32,000 bases of DNA. It comes from Candidatus Iainarchaeum sp. GTDB lineage: Archaea > Iainarchaeota > Iainarchaeia > Iainarchaeales > VGJJ01. A program made the position numbers and the translations under genes. The notes under the pieces are model-generated. The model was not told where the DNA came from. It searched no databases and worked only from the letters and a program-made list of their open reading frames with translations. Position 1 is the stretch's first letter, and each line of letters starts with the position of its first letter. The stretch covers positions 90,001 through 122,000 of the forward strand of contig JAUYHT010000006.1 of NCBI GenBank assembly GCA_030688545.1, written 5' to 3'. Below are positions 16,791 through 25,351 of this stretch, one piece after another.

Positions 16791-18230
16791 ATGGATTTTC
16801 CCATTCCTGCTCGTTGGTTTTTACTTATAACCGGACTCATTTTCATCTCCATTTTTATTCTATTTTATCCCCCTTTTTACATTGGAATTGATGAGCATGA
16901 GTATATCAAGAATGCTTTTCTCCTCCGGAATGGTTCTCTAAAAACGGATGATCCATTACTTTATTGTGGAGGTATTCAAACCCCAACTGGAGAATCCATT
17001 TCATCCTACCCAATCGGTAAATCCATTCTTCTGATCCCTTTTACATTTCTTCCTTTTGCAGGCATTTTTATTTTTGGTTTAATCACACACTTGCTCAACC
17101 TCCTTCTGCTTGGAGGAATTTTACGTCAGCAAGCGATTGATATTCGATGGGCCGCTCTCTATCTTTTCATTCCCATATTTCAATGGAGCAGTCGGACCCT
17201 TTACCCAGAATTGAGTGTCCTGACATTGTTCCTCGCAGCTTATTTCTTTTGGGGGTGGAAACGACCTACAGCCCCATTTATCAGTGGTCTGCTTCTAGGC
17301 ATTTCCTTGTTCGTACGGTATGATGCAATCATAGGCATAGCTGGATTCGGATTGCATTCATTGTTCGCTGACCGTAAGAGATTCCTCCCTCTAATTTTAG
17401 GGTTCATTCCTCCATTCCTATTGCTTTTTGGGTTCAATCATTTCACATATGGTGATATTTTTTCTACGGGCTATGGTGCCATTGGGGAACAATTCCAATT
17501 AATGATTCCTTCAGATTTCTGGATCAATTTATTCACATATGGAGTATTACTAGCATTGGTCATCCCGTTCTCATATTGGGGGGCTATTCGTCATCCTCAC
17601 AAGATCCTTTTTCTTACAATGGCCGCAGGGTACATCGTATTTTTTTCGTATTTTACTCCATTTTGGCATTTTTCATTCTCCTGGCCGCTTACTTTCACGG
17701 CCCGTTTGAGATATTTCATCCCGGTGTTAGGCATGCTTCTCATCCCAACACTTACATGGTACCATGGTATTTTGGGTAGATATTTTTTTAGAATCTCTGG
17801 AACACATCGGAAATGGGTAGCCACAATCCTGCTCTTTGTAATCATTGGTGGAAGCATGGCACTCCATTCATCCCACCAACAACTGTCTGAACCTAGAGCT
17901 GAAGTGTCTGAAATAATATTGAATAATATCCCTGTACAGTCACATGTCATTGGAAGCGCAGACGATTGCATCTATTTTCTACCCGAATATTTTGGAAAGT
18001 ATTTCTATCACCAGGCCAAAATCGATTCGTCTTTCATCAATCCAGACACAGGGTATTACATATTGGACATCGCTTATTTGACCCAGATAAAAAACGATTC
18101 AACCCGTCAAGATGTGATTAATCGTGAAAGAGGGGTCATAAAGGCGTTTATCTCGGAAAATAGGGATAGATTGATTCAAGTCTATTCCAGTTCAGAAAAC
18201 GCTCGAGTTACTATCTGGAGAGTAGCATAG
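16791..18230 (+). CDS. GT-C family membrane glycosyltransferase, ArnT/PMT_2-like
   Basis: 479 aa, polytopic. The first loop after TM1 carries 'IGIDEHEYIKNAF', matching the DExxY-type loop-1 motif of ArnT/PMT-type GT-C enzymes. It is divergently adjacent to the polyprenyl-P-sugar synthase-like GT2. I prefer ATG 16791 over TTG 16779. Confidence 0.6.
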   Translation: MDFPIPARWFLLITGLIFISIFILFYPPFYIGIDEHEYIKNAFLLRNGSLKTDDPLLYCGGIQTPTGESISSYPIGKSILLIPFTFLPFAGIFIFGLITHLLNLLLLGGILRQQAIDIRWAALYLFIPIFQWSSRTLYPELSVLTLFLAAYFFWGWKRPTAPFISGLLLGISLFVRYDAIIGIAGFGLHSLFADRKRFLPLILGFIPPFLLLFGFNHFTYGDIFSTGYGAIGEQFQLMIPSDFWINLFTYGVLLALVIPFSYWGAIRHPHKILFLTMAAGYIVFFSYFTPFWHFSFSWPLTFTARLRYFIPVLGMLLIPTLTWYHGILGRYFFRISGTHRKWVATILLFVIIGGSMALHSSHQQLSEPRAEVSEIILNNIPVQSHVIGSADDCIYFLPEYFGKYFYHQAKIDSSFINPDTGYYILDIAYLTQIKNDSTRQDVINRERGVIKAFISENRDRLIQVYSSSENARVTIWRVA

Positions 18231-18231
18231 G

Positions 18232-19317
18232 ATGCCAAAAAAAGTAGCTAAAGTGAACAGAATTCACCTCGACACGTTCAAGAATCCAGTTTTGTTAACC
18301 CTGACTCGATCGTCGCTGCGGGGAGGAATGGAAGCGTATTCGGATTACCTAAAAAAAATTATTCCCTCCTTGACAATATGGAGTCGCGAGGATATAGAAA
18401 ATAGTCCCCCATTCAATCTCCCTTTCATGAAAGAGGCGTCGTGGTCTATTGCTTACGCGCGAAGGGTTCATCTCGAACGCGATCGGCCCGACTTGATCCT
18501 TTCGAGCGGCATGCATGGATGGGCGTTCGGTCCGACTGAACGAAATATTCCTTCCCTATCTATCCTCCATGGAACGTTTGCCGGTTTATCCGATACGGCT
18601 TACTCGCCAACCAACCTCCAATATTGGCGAATGCGATACGCTTATAGTTTTCTTGAACGGAAAAGCGCGCAAAACGCTCACGTTCGAGTGGCTAATTCTC
18701 CCTTCACGCAAAAAGAAGTGAAACGATATTATGGGTTGAATTCACGGGCCATACTCCCACCCATAGATTCCCAAAATTTTAGACCCGGTTCCAAATCAAG
18801 TGCTCGGAAAGAATTAGGTTGGGATTTGGGGGATCAGATAATTTTGTTCGTTGGAAATCCCACCTTTTCCAAGGGGTGGGACATTGTCATCGAATTGGCT
18901 CGTGCCTACCCGGAATATCGGTTTATCTGTCTTTGCAATCCAGTTATCTCTTTCCCATTACCCAATTTGTTTGTTTTTCCTTTTGTTTCTCAAGAACAGT
19001 TATCAACCTATTACCGCGCTGCTGACCTGCTCCTATTCCCTTCCCGGTATGAAGGGTTTGGCTTCGTACCACTGGAGGCATTAGCCTCCGGATGCCCTGT
19101 AATATCGTCTCGCGTCGGCATCTTCCATGATTTCCATTCCGCTGGAAGAGTAGAAGTAAAACATTCTCCTCAGGCATTCAATCATGCATTGCGGGAAACG
19201 ATGGAAGGTAAAGTCGAAAAGGTGGACGCAAAGAAAGTAGCCAAATCCTTTTCATTTAAAGCGTTTTCTCAATTATTTGACGAGGCGATCACGGAGGCAG
19301 AGCGATGCATCCTGTGA
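18232..19317 (+). CDS. GT4 family glycosyltransferase
   Basis: 'ILFVGNPTFSKGWDIVIELA' and 'LLLFPSRYEGFGFVPLEALASGCPVISSRVG' (the canonical EX7E block). The start lies 1 nt after the upstream stop. Confidence 0.9.
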   Translation: MPKKVAKVNRIHLDTFKNPVLLTLTRSSLRGGMEAYSDYLKKIIPSLTIWSREDIENSPPFNLPFMKEASWSIAYARRVHLERDRPDLILSSGMHGWAFGPTERNIPSLSILHGTFAGLSDTAYSPTNLQYWRMRYAYSFLERKSAQNAHVRVANSPFTQKEVKRYYGLNSRAILPPIDSQNFRPGSKSSARKELGWDLGDQIILFVGNPTFSKGWDIVIELARAYPEYRFICLCNPVISFPLPNLFVFPFVSQEQLSTYYRAADLLLFPSRYEGFGFVPLEALASGCPVISSRVGIFHDFHSAGRVEVKHSPQAFNHALRETMEGKVEKVDAKKVAKSFSFKAFSQLFDEAITEAERCIL

Positions 19318-20426
19318 AATCGACTCGTGCAGTCGTTTACTCCCCCTATCCATTATCAACACCAGGAGCGGCAGGTATGCGAGCTTTTTATTTTTTAGAG
19401 GCCTTGCGTGACAAAGGGGTAGAGGTCTCATTATTGACCCCTCGCGATGCAATGGGAATATATCTCATCATTAAAATCATGAGTCTTCGTCCCAATGTCG
19501 TGATTGCGACTTCTCCACCTTTGACACCCACATTTTTCACTTGGATAGGCGCCCGATTGACCGGAGCAATTTGGGTTCTTGACGCGAAAGAGGATGGACA
19601 TGCCATCAAAATCCAGAAAAAAGAAAAACGGAATCTCAAAGAGAAACTCTTCTTGGGACTCCGTCAATTTCTCTACGAACGGACCAATCGAATATGGTTT
19701 TTGACACAGTCTGATAAAGTGGAGGCAACGAGTACATATTTCATACACCCTTCACGGATTCAATGGGTACCTAATGGAGTGGATGGGCGCATCCATTTCA
19801 ATGCCAAAAAACGACTTTCTAAACGCAAGAAGTGGAATATTCCTCCTCGTGGACATGTGATTATTTATGCTGGGTCAATAGGTGATGAGGACGTGACAGG
19901 GCTAATCGATCATTTTCCACTAGGCAAAAAAAACCTCTACTTAGCTCTTGTCTTGGCGCATGAGACCACGCCGGAGGATCTTCTCCGATTGAAAATGTTA
20001 AAGGATAAAATCAGAGAAAAATCAATTGGTCTGAAGGTAATCATCGAGCAGAATGTTCCGATTGAAGACATGTCGGCCATCCTTTCAGCATCGGATACAG
20101 GCGTCATCCCTTGGCGGGATGAATTGCCAACGAGTCTTCCTGTAAAGGTATATGATTACGCCGGAGCCGGATTGCCTATTGTCGCGAAATGCCCAAGGGA
20201 TGGGGAATTAGAAAAATTCCTCCAGCAGAACCCAAAACTAGGACGTTGCGAATCATCGTGGGAAAACTTTTCAACAGTCCTCGAAAAGGCGGTGATGACA
20301 AAGTTATCCCCTTCTCAGAGGGAACGCCTTGGCGATGAAGCCCATAATCGGTGGTCACGAATCCGCATTGCGGAGGAAGCTATCGCATCCCTTTTACCAG
20401 CCGGACGACATGCATTTAAGCCTTGA
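19305..20426 (+). CDS. GT-B fold glycosyltransferase (divergent GT4/GT1-like)
   Basis: 373 aa. N-terminal 'AVVYSPYPLSTPGAAGMRAFYFLEAL', 'VPNGVD' and 'VIIYAGSIG'. The C-terminal 'LPVKVYDYAGAGLPIVA' takes the place of the EX7E block. It overlaps the upstream gene by 13 nt. Confidence 0.65.
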   Translation: MHPVKSTRAVVYSPYPLSTPGAAGMRAFYFLEALRDKGVEVSLLTPRDAMGIYLIIKIMSLRPNVVIATSPPLTPTFFTWIGARLTGAIWVLDAKEDGHAIKIQKKEKRNLKEKLFLGLRQFLYERTNRIWFLTQSDKVEATSTYFIHPSRIQWVPNGVDGRIHFNAKKRLSKRKKWNIPPRGHVIIYAGSIGDEDVTGLIDHFPLGKKNLYLALVLAHETTPEDLLRLKMLKDKIREKSIGLKVIIEQNVPIEDMSAILSASDTGVIPWRDELPTSLPVKVYDYAGAGLPIVAKCPRDGELEKFLQQNPKLGRCESSWENFSTVLEKAVMTKLSPSQRERLGDEAHNRWSRIRIAEEAIASLLPAGRHAFKP

Positions 20427-21867
20427 CGTCCCCCTCTTCATCATGCCATACTCAAAAGCCCTCCTGATTCCAGTCGCATACTACAAAAGTGCCTATCGCC
20501 CAGGGGATGTGCCGGATCTCGCACTGGGATATATTGCTGAATACCTCCAGGCGAATGGGGTAGATTACGAGGTGCTCGACCTTAATTTGGGCTACGGATT
20601 TCCTGACATTGTGCGCAAGATTGAGGAATTCCGTCCCGATATCATCGGTATCGCCATGAAAAGCTACCGTTACAAAGATAGTTATGCCCTAATCTCTCGA
20701 ATCAAGAAAGCTTTTCCACACATCCCTATTGCCGTTGGAGCGGCCCATATTTCGACTGAAAAAGAAAAGGTATTACAAGAATGCGAGGCCATTGACTATG
20801 GTATTGTTAAGGAAGGAGAAGATACCTTCCTCGAACTATGCCAGGGGAAACCGTTAAGCGATATCAAAGGGTTGATATTCCGAGAGAATGAAAAAATAGT
20901 TTTCACAGGAGAAAGGCCTTTCCGCCGAAATATCATGGCGCTCCCTTGGCCTAAATATGAACGTTTCGAACTGGACAAATACTGGTATCCCGCCATGATG
21001 GTCCTATCCTCAAGGGGGTGCCCAGAAAAATGCACCTTTTGTGCCGTTCCAAACGTGAGTGGAAATTGGTGGCGTTTCCGCACGCCTGAAAACATGGTGG
21101 AAGAAGTGCAATACTGGTACAATAAAGGATATCGGCGCATCGAATTCCTAGATGACAATTTTACATTGGACGGAAAACGCATTCTAAGGTTTTGCGAACT
21201 GGTACGCGAGCGGGGTTTGAAAGGACTAATACTGAATGTGCCCCAAGGAGTCCGGGCGGATAGGGTGGATCGAGAACTGCTTCAAGTCATGCGGGATACG
21301 GGATTTATCTCCATCGCTTTCGGTGTAGAGGTTGGTAACGAAAAAATGCTTGCCCGTGTTAAGAAAGGTGAATCCATGGCCACCATCGAGAAGGCGGTAT
21401 TAGATGCCATCGAGGTAGGATTTGATGTGCATCTAAACATGATGGTGGGTTTCCCCGACCAAACATTGGAGGATGTGGAAGACACATTTCAGTTCGCACT
21501 CAAGCACCCTATTCGATGGGCGACATTCAATAATTACGTTCCTTATGCTGGGACGGAGGGATTTTCGGAGGCATCAGAACGTAATCTTTTCCTAATACAG
21601 CCCGAGGAATACTTGAATGACCTCAATCCCAAATCCGAACGCATTATCGTACACACCCCTCATATTTCTGCTGACGAAAGAAGATACATCGAACGAAAGA
21701 TTCCTAACGTCCAGGCCGAGATTCGAAAACGGTATCATGTACGTCGTCTCCTGCGCGATTATGGGGCCCCTGGAAAAGTCATTGGCACCTTATATTCCCG
21801 AGGAATCATCCCCAAATCCGTCTTTAATTTGGCAGTTAAAGTGAAATCGGATGCAGGCATCCAATGA
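20410..21867 (+). CDS. B12-binding-domain radical SAM protein (RS3)
   Basis: 'IPIAVGAAHISTE', 'GIVKEGEDTF', cluster motif 'RGCPEKCTFC', 'WRFRTPENMVEEV' and 'VEVGNEKMLA'. The ORF track starts at 20329, inside the upstream GT. ATG 20410 or 20443 is more plausible. Confidence 0.9.
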   Translation: MHLSLDVPLFIMPYSKALLIPVAYYKSAYRPGDVPDLALGYIAEYLQANGVDYEVLDLNLGYGFPDIVRKIEEFRPDIIGIAMKSYRYKDSYALISRIKKAFPHIPIAVGAAHISTEKEKVLQECEAIDYGIVKEGEDTFLELCQGKPLSDIKGLIFRENEKIVFTGERPFRRNIMALPWPKYERFELDKYWYPAMMVLSSRGCPEKCTFCAVPNVSGNWWRFRTPENMVEEVQYWYNKGYRRIEFLDDNFTLDGKRILRFCELVRERGLKGLILNVPQGVRADRVDRELLQVMRDTGFISIAFGVEVGNEKMLARVKKGESMATIEKAVLDAIEVGFDVHLNMMVGFPDQTLEDVEDTFQFALKHPIRWATFNNYVPYAGTEGFSEASERNLFLIQPEEYLNDLNPKSERIIVHTPHISADERRYIERKIPNVQAEIRKRYHVRRLLRDYGAPGKVIGTLYSRGIIPKSVFNLAVKVKSDAGIQ

Positions 21868-21898
21868 CTTCCTCCCCGGCCTAAAAGCCAGGTATCCA
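21863..21898. repeat. Direct repeat copy 1 (36 nt, degenerate hairpin), overlapping the RS3 stop codon
   Basis: AATGACTTCCTCCCCGGCCTAAAAGCCAGGTATCCA. The first 23 nt are identical to copy 2, which lies 114 nt downstream. Confidence 0.8.
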
Positions 21899-21976
21899 AT
21901 AAAAAAGAATGTCAAAAGGCTGACGAAAATTTTTCGCAAACCTTTTTCAAAAAAGTTTCTTTTCTATGTAGGCCAA

Positions 21977-22013
21977 AATGACTTCCTCCCCGGCCTAAAG
22001 GCCGGGGTATCCA
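21977..22013. repeat. Direct repeat copy 2 (37 nt) containing a perfect 8-bp GC hairpin
   Basis: AATGACTTCCTCCCCGGCCTAAAGGCCGGGGTATCCA. Stem CCCCGGCC (21988-21995), loop TAAA, stem GGCCGGGG (22000-22007). Confidence 0.8.
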
Positions 22014-22047
22014 TGTTGTGCATGAACGTCAATCGGCTCGCGCGATC

Positions 22048-22090
22048 GCTCGCCAAAAACTAGGCGACGTATGTCGCCCTGAAGGGCGAG
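22048..22090. other. Cluster of overlapping or nested GC-rich hairpins (possible RNA element or terminator complex)
   Basis: GGCGAC-GTAT-GTCGCC (22063-22078) shares its 3' arm with TCGCCC-TGAA-GGGCGA (22074-22089). CTCGCC (22049-22054) can pair with GGCGAG (22085-22090), enclosing the first hairpin. Confidence 0.5.
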
Positions 22091-22108
22091 GCATATCACC
22101 TTTTTCGC

Positions 22109-22131
22109 CGGCCTTTTTTCTAAAAAGGCCG
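22109..22131. terminator. Candidate bidirectional intrinsic terminator between convergent RS3 and MT3
   Basis: CGGCCTTTTT-TCT-AAAAAGGCCG forms a perfect 10-bp stem with A/T tracts built into both arms. It lies 16 nt beyond the MT3 stop. It is not a textbook stem plus U-tail. Confidence 0.45.
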
Positions 22132-22146
22132 AGTGAAATATGAGGG

Positions 22147-22902
22147 TCACCTTTTGATTCCGACGGCCAGCATTCCAGTGCAGACATTAGTGGGACCAAC
22201 CCCTATTCGATCCCGATAAAATCGAATCAGACCGATTCGGGCACCGCGTAAAAAAGGGACTCGATGTCGAAAGGGATGTAAAAGAAGAATTAACCGGCGC
22301 CCAGTTTCGAACACCATCCTATTTAGATCCTTTTTCCCATATCCAATGACTTTCACGATTTCAACATGTGGTTTCAACAAATCGATCAATGTCGATTCCG
22401 TGAAATGACAGTAATGCTTGGCCACCAATTCTCGTTTTACGGATGGAACCGTCACGATTAATTTGCCACCGGGATGAATACGGGAAACCACTTCTGTTAA
22501 GAAAGAATTCACATGAGAAGGAGGAATGTGCTCCAATACTTCAATCAGGGTAATGGCATCCCATTTCTTCCTATCAGGAAACTGTTTCAAGGAGCCAACA
22601 TGGAAAAAAACGTGCGGATTGAAGGCGCGGGCGAATGCGATTGCCCGTTCAGAAAGATCAATCCCGGCCAGATTGGAACCCTTGCCGCGCAACTCATAGA
22701 TAAACCGTCCATCCCCGCACCCAATATCAAGCACTTTCTTCCCATGCAATGGAGATAATTCATCTCGGACTAGGTGAAGGTAATCCAAATATTCAATCGC
22801 CCTCAGGGCTTTTTCTTCAGAGAAAAGATCTTCATAATGATATGGAAGGGCATATTCTTCTTCCTGAATGGTCTGTTTATCAATTTTCCCAAGGGAGGTC
22901 AT
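22147..22902 (-). CDS. Class I SAM-dependent methyltransferase (MT3)
   Basis: Motif I 'VLDIGCGDGRF', 'GIDLS' and 'WDAITLIEVLEHIPP'. The ATG at 22902 overlaps the Wzx stop as ATGA and has GGAGGTGG upstream. It is convergent with RS3. Confidence 0.85.
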   Translation of the reverse strand: MTSLGKIDKQTIQEEEYALPYHYEDLFSEEKALRAIEYLDYLHLVRDELSPLHGKKVLDIGCGDGRFIYELRGKGSNLAGIDLSERAIAFARAFNPHVFFHVGSLKQFPDRKKWDAITLIEVLEHIPPSHVNSFLTEVVSRIHPGGKLIVTVPSVKRELVAKHYCHFTESTLIDLLKPHVEIVKVIGYGKKDLNRMVFETGRRLILLLHPFRHRVPFLRGARIGLIRFYRDRIGVGPTNVCTGMLAVGIKR

Positions 22903-24221
22903 AGGTGTCCACCTCCCCGGATACACGCAACTCCTTCTCGAAATATTTTTTTTTCAGATTCCGAAATAAATGAAATATCAGGTCGAATACCCAGTTGCCA
23001 GTGCATATACAGCATTACCCACCCTCCTAATATAAGAAAAGTGATGAGATTCGCCTGCGCTACGCCCAGTGCACCAAACTGTTGGGCGGAAAAGTAATAG
23101 ATGGGAACGGCCATTAAACTGGGAATTAGGAATAGTTTGAAAAAAAAATCCTTCGCAGGAATCTTGGATACGGCCATTGCCGCCCAGGGTCGGGCGATAT
23201 TGAATATCGTCAAACCCCCTACGATATAAATTGAGTATTCAAACACTCGCTCTGGGTGTTCGGGTCCCAAAAGGGATATGAGGAATGTCCCCATTATCAA
23301 ATATCCAATGAGTTGGGAAATGGCCATCAGTGTATTATATCGTATCGCTATCCCGAAAACCTGGGATAATTCTTTTGGAGTTTGAATATCCGAAAAGGTA
23401 AGCGAAAACACCTTCTGGATCATCTGGGGAAAGATAAAGAATACGTTCGCCAATGTCAGCGCCACCGCATAATCCCCAATAGTCGCTAATCCAACGAAGA
23501 AACCAAGGATGAGAATATCAATTTGGTAGACTAGACGTATAACGACGCCCGCCAGGTGATTCCATAATGAGAAACGCATCATGGCTTGAACCGCAGGGCC
23601 AATATCCCATTGATGCATCCACCGAAAATCCAAATGAGAACGGGCGTTCCAATACCACCAACCCACCCCGATAAGGGCCACGATGACTTGCAATGCTCCA
23701 TACACCAATACCTCCCGATGGAAATAAAGAAAGGCCATCGTCAATAACAATAGAATATTAACCACAATATCCACAAATGTAATGCGGGCTTGCCGATAAA
23801 ATCCGTAGAAGGCTTCCCGGAATGGACCATTCAGGCCATTGATGAGGTTCACACCTAGGAGTAGCATGAAGTATATGGACAATCGAGGGTCCTGCTGGAG
23901 CGACTGGATGTAAATGGCTACCGGGATCCCTATTAGGAATAGGAAAATTCCTCGAGCCAGGCTGAATTGGAGAAAAGAATTCATGAATACATTAAGGTTC
24001 TTTTTGATTGTCATGAATTCTCGGATGATAATATTTTCTGGAAGTATCATGAGAATTCCGAATAGGGCCATGTAGCCTCCCGCAAGCCCGATTATGCCTA
24101 TTTCTTCAGTAGAGAGGAGGCGGACGAGAATGGCGAAATTGATGAAACTGATTAGTTTGGAAACGACGGTTTGCATTGTTCCGAATGTGAGCACTGAAAA
24201 CACGCGCTCGAAACGGGTCAT
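22899..24221 (-). CDS. wzx: Wzx-type oligosaccharide/polysaccharide flippase (MOP superfamily)
   Basis: 440 aa with about 12 hydrophobic helices. The N-terminal 'VVSKLISFINFAILVRLLSTEEIGIIGL' is typical of polysaccharide-biosynthesis (Wzx/RfbX) proteins. The ATG at 24221 overlaps the upstream GT4 stop as ATGA. Confidence 0.7.
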   Translation of the reverse strand: MTRFERVFSVLTFGTMQTVVSKLISFINFAILVRLLSTEEIGIIGLAGGYMALFGILMILPENIIIREFMTIKKNLNVFMNSFLQFSLARGIFLFLIGIPVAIYIQSLQQDPRLSIYFMLLLGVNLINGLNGPFREAFYGFYRQARITFVDIVVNILLLLTMAFLYFHREVLVYGALQVIVALIGVGWWYWNARSHLDFRWMHQWDIGPAVQAMMRFSLWNHLAGVVIRLVYQIDILILGFFVGLATIGDYAVALTLANVFFIFPQMIQKVFSLTFSDIQTPKELSQVFGIAIRYNTLMAISQLIGYLIMGTFLISLLGPEHPERVFEYSIYIVGGLTIFNIARPWAAMAVSKIPAKDFFFKLFLIPSLMAVPIYYFSAQQFGALGVAQANLITFLILGGWVMLYMHWQLGIRPDISFISESEKKIFREGVACIRGGGHL

Positions 24222-25351
24222 ATGATAAGACTCCGGTAGAAATGGATCTGTTTTTCGATGATGGTGTTCCATCCAAAGCCGCAGGCGAAATCACGGCATC
24301 TCATACGTTTTTTCTTTAATTCATCTGAGGAAATATTCATCATATCATACAATAATTTACCAGCCTCATCGGGATAATCGAAATTGGTTAGTTTGACCTC
24401 CTTGCATGATGCTGAAAAATTCTCGAATGGAGGAATCTTATTCAATACAGGTATACATCCTGATGCCATGGCTTCGATCGTGGATATCCCGAAACCCTCA
24501 TATTCGGATGCAGAGGCGAAAATCCCGCTTTTCCTATATAGAGCCAAAAGGTTTTCGTCTACCATCTTCCCATGAAACCAAACGAAATCTTCCACCCCTT
24601 CTTCTTTGGCAATTTCTTTCAGTTCGGGCATCAATCCTTCCCAGTCCGCCCCCACGATATGCAATCGCGCACGAGGTTCTCGTTGATAGGCATGCGCAAA
24701 TGCCCGAATGAGATTGTCCACCCGTTTATTCTTGGACAATCGGCCCACAAATAGAATGCTCCTTGGATCCTTTTCCGATTTAAAAGGTTGGAAAAAATCC
24801 TCCTGGACCCCATTAGGAATGAGGTGCGCCTTCCCTCCCTTATTTTCGACGAATGTTTTATCGGAAGGACTGATGGCGATTATTCCGTCAATTTGGCGAA
24901 GGGTGTGGGGGAGAATTATCATCTCATAAATTTGTTTTGGGATCATTCGATTCGCCGTATGATAGAAACCACCGTGCGTGGTGAGGACCAATTTTCCTCT
25001 TATACGGGATTTGTTGCCGCTCCAGGCCATAATATCCAGCCAGGCGCCATATCCATGAACATGAATAATATCCTTATCGAGGGTATGCTTCAAAAATAGT
25101 CTAATTGGCGGGATGGGGTAGAATGTTGGACCCCTTGATGGAACACGATGGATTGTGATCCCGGAATTTTTCTCTAATGGAGACAGCTTTTCTGTCCCGC
25201 GGGGACAGGTATTGAACACTATCACTTCTACGCGATGTCCATTAGCCGCTTGGCGGGTAGCCGTTTCCCAGATAACTTTCTCAATTCCCCCTATACAAGG
25301 AAAGGTATGGTTTCCCACATGGAGGATGCGTAGTTTTTTTCCTTGGCTCAT
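24218..25351 (-). CDS. GT4 family glycosyltransferase
   Basis: 'LRILHVGNHTFPCIGGIEKV', 'ILFVGRLSKNKRVDNLIRAF' and 'IFASASEYEGFGISTIEAMASGCIPVLNK'. The ATG at 25351 overlaps the upstream GT2 stop as ATGA. Confidence 0.9.
   Translation of the reverse strand: MSQGKKLRILHVGNHTFPCIGGIEKVIWETATRQAANGHRVEVIVFNTCPRGTEKLSPLEKNSGITIHRVPSRGPTFYPIPPIRLFLKHTLDKDIIHVHGYGAWLDIMAWSGNKSRIRGKLVLTTHGGFYHTANRMIPKQIYEMIILPHTLRQIDGIIAISPSDKTFVENKGGKAHLIPNGVQEDFFQPFKSEKDPRSILFVGRLSKNKRVDNLIRAFAHAYQREPRARLHIVGADWEGLMPELKEIAKEEGVEDFVWFHGKMVDENLLALYRKSGIFASASEYEGFGISTIEAMASGCIPVLNKIPPFENFSASCKEVKLTNFDYPDEAGKLLYDMMNISSDELKKKRMRCRDFACGFGWNTIIEKQIHFYRSLII

Noticed and set aside
20329-20409. N-terminal extensions offered by the ORF track: 20329 for RS3, 3823 for rmlA, 4767 for rmlB, 24272 for wzx, 22926 for MT3, 25357 for GT4, 15824 for the orphan protein, 16779 for GT-C and 10217 for the flippase-like gene.
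   Set aside because: - The extensions overlap the preceding gene extensively or begin with GTG/TTG.
- Internal ATGs give canonical ATGA coupling, an SD sequence, or the family-typical N-terminus (for example MKGVILAGG and MRILVTGG).
21863-22013. A possible miniature CRISPR array formed by the two 36/37-nt repeats.
   Set aside because: - There are only two copies, and they are imperfect.
- The interval of about 78 nt is too long for a spacer.
- No cas genes or leader are present in the window.
22042-22049. GCGATCGC (a HIP1-type palindrome) as a taxonomic hint toward cyanobacteria.
   Set aside because: I noticed only a single occurrence. One 8-mer is not evidence of lineage.
21851-22063. A 70-aa ORF beside RS3 whose product contains 'NDFLPGLKA' twice. 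I briefly considered it as a RiPP-type precursor with repeated cores for the B12-radical SAM enzymes.
   Set aside because: - The repeat is explained at the DNA level by a palindromic hairpin element.
- The copies differ in the hairpin arm by changes that include an indel.
- There is no SD, and the ATG lies inside the RS3 coding end.
- The surrounding locus is overwhelmingly glycan-related.

I keep it only as an alternative to test under the intergenic-repeat finding.
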